From Candidatus Hydrogenedentales bacterium (GTDB lineage Bacteria; Hydrogenedentota; Hydrogenedentia; Hydrogenedentales; GCA-2746185): a DNA stretch of 64,000 nucleotides. Position 1 is the stretch's first letter; each line of letters begins with the position of its first letter. Shown here in pieces: positions 59,036 through 64,000 of this stretch. Made by a program: the position numbers and the translations under genes. Location: positions 2,932 through 66,931 of the forward strand of contig JBCLBO010000006.1 of NCBI GenBank assembly GCA_038916785.1. Direction: 5' to 3'. A model generated the notes under the pieces. The model ran no database searches. It was not told the DNA's origin and saw only the letters and a list, made by a program, of their open reading frames with translations.

Positions 59036-59094
59036 GATCGTAGTCCTCACGCTCCGCGTGATGGCGCTTCACGCGGAGCGTGAGGACCACGATC
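59036..59094. repeat. 26-bp stem / 7-nt loop hairpin (REP doublet-like, GTAG-tagged)
   Basis: GATCGTAGTCCTCACGCTCCGCGTGA ... TCACGCGGAGCGTGAGGACCACGATC, one mismatch. Confidence 0.8.
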
Positions 59095-59246
59095 TCGGAC
59101 CCACAGTGTCCGAAAACGGCTAGTGTCGAGTTCTCTGAATAGACAGTGCCAGTCAGCGGGCCAAGGCCCATTTCAGCGTTGTAGGGCGCGCCACTGATGA
59201 AGACCAGTGTTACGCGGCAGTGGCAGGCTATTCGCAGGACTGGAGA

Positions 59247-59468
59247 CTAGCGGAAGCGGAAGGTAATGCGGCCTTTGGTGAGGTCGTAGGGCGACATTTC
59301 GATTTTTACTTTGTCGCCCGGGAGGATGCGGATGTAGTATTTGCGCATTTTTCCAGAGATATGAGCGAGGACGACGTGATCGTTATCGAGCTTCACGCGA
59401 AACATCGCGTTGGGCAGAGTCTCGGTCACGGTGCCTTCGAGTTCGAGGACCTTCTCTTTTTCTAACAA
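59247..59468 (-). CDS. infA: Translation initiation factor IF-1
   Basis: [45 protein letters not shown]. Confidence 0.96.
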   Translation of the reverse strand: MLEKEKVLELEGTVTETLPNAMFRVKLDNDHVVLAHISGKMRKYYIRILPGDKVKIEMSPYDLTKGRITFRFR

Positions 59469-59668
59469 GCAGCGGGGTTCCTTGGTGAGGCCTGGGCGAA
59501 GATCGCGCGGGGGCCGGACGGTTCTGCACTGCCTTATATCACGCCGGGAGCGTCTTTTGCACCTTCTTTGATAGGCCTAAAGTCCTGTGCGCGGGCGGCC
59601 GATAGTACTGGACGAGGGGCGGCAGCACGCCCAATTTAGAGGGTTGACCGCCCTCGCCGGGGTCTGCG

Positions 59669-59962
59669 GTGCGGGAGCAACGCGAAAACTACGAACCGGG
59701 GTCGTGGACGGAGCTCTATGGGAGCGTTCTGCGCCTGCGGCCCGTTTTGGAGCAGCCCCCAGGTAGTGCGGAGGCCGCGGAGGGATTGCGCGTTCATGGG
59801 GACTTCTGCCGGTGGCTTCGCATGTATCTTCTGAGCGCGGGGCAGGCCGATGAAGTCTCACTCGCGCGGCAGGAGACCGAGGCGGCCGTCGCGCTCGAGA
59901 ACTGGCACGCGCTCTGGTCTGATGCGAAGGCTACCCGTCGAGACCGGTTAGTTGGGCGCTGA
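59669..59962 (+). CDS. Possible small hypothetical protein
   Basis: 97-aa ORF in an otherwise unassigned gap, plausible composition, no recognisable motif. Confidence 0.25.
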   Translation: MREQRENYEPGSWTELYGSVLRLRPVLEQPPGSAEAAEGLRVHGDFCRWLRMYLLSAGQADEVSLARQETEAAVALENWHALWSDAKATRRDRLVGR

Positions 59963-60785
59963 TATTCCACAGGCGTTCCTGAGCGTCGACGTCGTTGGAA
60001 CTCGCCGAGGGCCGCGCGGGCTTGCACTTCACAAAATATCGTCCTGAGACACCGTCCACCTCCGGCGACGAGGCCAGGTACACACTCGTGCGCGCGCCCT
60101 GCTCGGGACTGAGCATCAGCAACATCGCGGGCGCGCCGAGCGGCTGCAGCAGACGCGGGAAATCGGCAATCTGTTTTCGGATGATGTTCGTGCGGACGAC
60201 GCCGGGATGCAGGGCGTTCGCCGTGACGCCGCTGCCGCCGAGCCGGCGCGCGAGCGCGTGAGTGAACATGACGTTGGCCAACTTCGCAGTGCTGTACACG
60301 GACATCGAACGATAACGAGTCTCGCTCTGCACGTCGTCGAAGTCCAGTCTCCCGCGATGGTGCATGGTGGATGCGACCACGACGACGCGCGACGGCGCGC
60401 TTCGTTTCAGTGTGTCGAGAAGCAGACCCGTGAGCAAGAAGTGTCCGAGATGATTCACGCCGAAGATCATCTCGAAGCCGTCGCGAGTGACCTGGCGCTT
60501 GCCCGGCATCACGCCCGCGTTGTTCACGAGAACGTCGAGGCGCTGGAATGCTTGACGGAACTCTCGTGCGAAACTGCGGATGCTCTGTAGCGAGGCGAGG
60601 TCGAGTTCCATCACGACGCCTTTGCCCGGGCCGCCGCGAGATTCGATGTCGCGCAGCGCTTCCGCCGCCTTGGCGGCGTCGCGGCAGGCCAGCACGACTG
60701 TCGCTCCTTGATTGACAAGGGCTGCGGCCGTTTCGAGGCCGATGCCCGTATTCGCACCGGTGACGATGCAGACCTTGCCGGTCAT
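59931..60785 (-). CDS. Short-chain dehydrogenase/reductase (retinol dehydrogenase/WWOX-like)
   Basis: TGANTGIG; [10 protein letters not shown]; LVNNAGVM; VNHLGHF; YSTAKLAN; HPGVVRT. Confidence 0.92.
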   Translation of the reverse strand: MTGKVCIVTGANTGIGLETAAALVNQGATVVLACRDAAKAAEALRDIESRGGPGKGVVMELDLASLQSIRSFAREFRQAFQRLDVLVNNAGVMPGKRQVTRDGFEMIFGVNHLGHFLLTGLLLDTLKRSAPSRVVVVASTMHHRGRLDFDDVQSETRYRSMSVYSTAKLANVMFTHALARRLGGSGVTANALHPGVVRTNIIRKQIADFPRLLQPLGAPAMLLMLSPEQGARTSVYLASSPEVDGVSGRYFVKCKPARPSASSNDVDAQERLWNISAQLTGLDG

Positions 60786-60813
60786 GCCGCTGTTGCTCAC
60801 GAGTGCCCTCCTC

Positions 60814-60854
60814 TACGATTACGATAACGACGACGATAACGATTACGATACCGA
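60814..60854 (+). repeat. Hexamer microsatellite (ACGATT/ACGATA/ACGACG)
   Basis: TACGATTACGATAACGACGACGATAACGATTACGATACCGA between divergent genes; related tracts at 9803, 10007, 15071, 53143. Confidence 0.7.
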
Positions 60855-60882
60855 AAGGGAAGAGGGGCGAGGGCAGCGAACG

Positions 60883-61902
<1,020 letters not shown>

Positions 61903-62003
61903 CTCTATTTTGGCGCTGCTTCTCGTATTTCCGGATACTCGCACTTTTGTGTGGCAATCGCGAAACTACGTGCTATACTGGCGCGGCGCGGAGACTTAGA
62001 TCG

Positions 62004-62207
62004 ATGCCGACTTACGAGTACCACGCGATTCGGGCTGAAGGCAGCGGCGAAAACCTCGAGAAGTCGTTTATTGGCGGGGTGCTCGTCGCGCAGAATCGCA
62101 AGGATGCCAAGGAAAAACTGCGGGTCCGCGGTCTGAAACCCACCATGCTTCGGCGGGCGCGGGGCTTGATCGGACTGCTGCGCTGGTTCGAGGCTGACAT
62201 ACGGTAA
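62004..62207 (+). CDS. Small protein resembling the N-terminal domain of PilC/GspF
   Basis: MPTYEYHA....G......G.L.A....DA...LR.RGL.P pattern; TGcTATACT extended -10 at 61971-61979; GGAG SD. Confidence 0.55.
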   Translation: MPTYEYHAIRAEGSGENLEKSFIGGVLVAQNRKDAKEKLRVRGLKPTMLRRARGLIGLLRWFEADIR

Positions 62208-62268
62208 TATTTCGGTCCTGCGTCGGGGGATGCGGGACTTGCGGGGCGCGGTGATGCGGGGGAAACGC

Positions 62269-62955
62269 ATGCGGGTGGGGATCCATCAACTCCATTATCT
62301 TCCTTGGTTGCGGTATTTCGAGAAGATTCAGAGTTGCGATGTGTTCGTCGTGCTGGACGACATCCAGTTCAACAAGAACGGCTGGCAGAACCGCAACCGG
62401 GTGAAGACCTCGTCCGGCGCCGTCTTGCTCACGGTGCCGGTGCAGATGAAATTCGCGCAGCGGCTCGGCGAAGTCCGGATCGACGAGCGGACGCCTTGGC
62501 GCAAGAAACACTGGAAGACGATCGAGCAGAGCTACGGGCGCGCGCCGTTTTTCTCCGAGTACGCCGGATTTTTTGGGGCGACCTATGCGCGCGAATGGGA
62601 ATCGCTGAACGACCTGAACCGGCACATGCTGGAGTTTTATTTGCACGCGCTTGGCGTGACGACGCGGGTGGAGTATTCGTCGGCCTTGCGCGTGCCGGGT
62701 GAGGCGACGGAGCGGCTGGTCAACCTCATTCGTGCGGTGGGCGGCGAGTCGTATTACAGCGGGGCCTACGCGCTGGACTCCTATCTCGATGGGGACGCGC
62801 TCGCGCAGGCGGGGATTGCGCTTGATCTGCAAGCGTGGCGCGCGCCGGTGTATCCGCAGCTTCATGGAGAGTTCGCGCCGGATTTGTCGATCGTCGATCT
62901 GCTGATGAATTGCGGGCCGGAATCGCTGGGGGTCCTGTGCGGACAACTTGCCTGA
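62269..62955 (+). CDS. WbqC family protein
   Basis: HQLHYLPWLRYFEKI; DDIQF...GWQNRNR; LTVPV; YYSG; YPQL...F...LSIVDLLMNCG. Confidence 0.9.
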   Translation: MRVGIHQLHYLPWLRYFEKIQSCDVFVVLDDIQFNKNGWQNRNRVKTSSGAVLLTVPVQMKFAQRLGEVRIDERTPWRKKHWKTIEQSYGRAPFFSEYAGFFGATYAREWESLNDLNRHMLEFYLHALGVTTRVEYSSALRVPGEATERLVNLIRAVGGESYYSGAYALDSYLDGDALAQAGIALDLQAWRAPVYPQLHGEFAPDLSIVDLLMNCGPESLGVLCGQLA

Positions 62956-63968
62956 TCCAGCATTCGGCCCCGCAGATCGGCGCGGAAGAAGAGGCGGCGG
63001 TCCTGCGCGTGATGCGATCGGGCCGTCTCGCGCAGGGCCCGGAGGTGGAGACCTTCGAGCATGAATGCGCTGCGCGGGTCGGCCGGCGCTACGGAGTGTC
63101 GACCAGCAGCGGCACGGCGGCCCTGCACCTCGTGTTGCACGCGCTCGACGCCGGCGGCGGCCAGGAAGTGGCGATTCCCGCCTATGCCTGCGCCTCGCTG
63201 ATGACGGCGACGGCGCTCAACGGCAGCGTCGCGCGCGTGTGCGACGTGGGGCCCGATTTCAATCTCGATCCGTCCGGCGTGCCGCCGCGCGCGCGCTTCG
63301 TCATCGCGCCGCACCTGTTTGGCAAGGCCGCGCCGATCCTGCCGCGCGGCGTGGTCATCGAAGACATCGCGCAGTCCATCGGTGGTATCACGGGCCGCGC
63401 GGGGGTCGCGGCGATCGTGTCGTTCTACGCGACGAAGATGTTGACGACGGGCGAAGGCGGGATGGTGCTTACGGACGACCGGACGCTTGTAGAGCGCATT
63501 CGCGACCTTCGAGACTACGACAACCGCGACGATTTCATCCCGCGTTTCTGCTACAAGATGACCGAGATGCAGGCGGCGATGGGGCGGGTCCAACTGCGGC
63601 GATTGCCGGAATTCATCGAGCGCCGGCGCGCAATCGCGCAGCAGTACCTCGATGCGTTCGCGGAGTTACCGGTGGGCCTGCCGGATCCGGCGGACCACGT
63701 GTTCTTCCGCTTCGTCGTGACGACGGAGGCGCAGGCGCGGCTGATCGCGCGCCTGAACAGCGACGGCGTCGAAGCCAAGCGCCCGGTGTATCGTCCGGCG
63801 CACCGCCATGTGCGGGACGGCGTGCCGGTGAACATCGCGCGGCTCGCCGGGGACTGCCGGGGCGCGGAGCGGGCGCACCTGACGGCGGTGTCGCTGCCCA
63901 TCCATCCTGGCATGGGCGAGGCGGAGGTGGAGTCGGTGATCGATTCGGTGAGGGGCTTTTTCGTTTGA
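62937..63968 (+). CDS. DegT/DnrJ/EryC1/StrS family PLP-dependent aminotransferase
   Basis: SSGTAALHL; IEDIAQSIG; SFYATKMLTTGEGG; LSLP-like VSLPIHP; GTG start at 62937 inferred. Confidence 0.92.
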   Translation: MRTTCLIQHSAPQIGAEEEAAVLRVMRSGRLAQGPEVETFEHECAARVGRRYGVSTSSGTAALHLVLHALDAGGGQEVAIPAYACASLMTATALNGSVARVCDVGPDFNLDPSGVPPRARFVIAPHLFGKAAPILPRGVVIEDIAQSIGGITGRAGVAAIVSFYATKMLTTGEGGMVLTDDRTLVERIRDLRDYDNRDDFIPRFCYKMTEMQAAMGRVQLRRLPEFIERRRAIAQQYLDAFAELPVGLPDPADHVFFRFVVTTEAQARLIARLNSDGVEAKRPVYRPAHRHVRDGVPVNIARLAGDCRGAERAHLTAVSLPIHPGMGEAEVESVIDSVRGFFV

Positions 63969-64000
63969 GCTGAGCGGCGCGGGCGGCGCGGGCGGGGGCC

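Noticed and set aside
62952-62954. Non-canonical CTG start for the DegT gene
   Set aside because: An in-frame GTG at 62937 gives an ordinary start.

Overview
GC-rich (about 65% by hand-counted lines) bacterial chromosomal window. The gene families present (FG-GAP surface protein, DUF1501/DUF1549-DUF1553 clusters, CFI-box protein, Tat Gfo/Idh/MocA plus ApbE) suggest a PVC-like or Candidatus Hydrogenedentes-like organism; this is inference only. Contents in order: a pair of RND permeases, an integrin-like FG-GAP surface protein, tpiA-secG, murA-hisD-hisC, an SDR, a permease-less ABC pair, a degenerate HD-GYP protein, deoC, a secreted HExxH protein, apbE / Tat oxidoreductase / yceI, tRNA-Val(GAC) followed by a lower-GC islet, two DUF1501 + DUF1549/1553 clusters, a stretch of deletion-scarred pseudogenes (DedA, two ABC ATPases, DUF4097, SGNH), a sulfatase with a CFI-box C-terminus, a glpD-like / alkyl-DHAP-synthase-like / FGGY-kinase operon beside beta-oxidation genes, a sigma54-type TonB receptor + receptor remnant + YfiR operon, infA, an SDR, ltaE, and the start of a WbqC/DegT glycan cluster. 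No CRISPR array, integrase or transposase is visible. Most notable: (1) two unrelated secreted proteins share a conserved acidic-repeat + DFP[VI]LPL + TM + basic-tail C-terminus, a candidate unnamed protein-sorting signal; (2) a candidate alkylglycerol (ether lipid) catabolic operon; (3) several distinct families of intergenic palindromic elements, including constant-arm hairpins with 33-nt variable cores flanking murA; (4) several microhomology-type deletion scars. All annotations come from motif recognition by eye; no searches were run.
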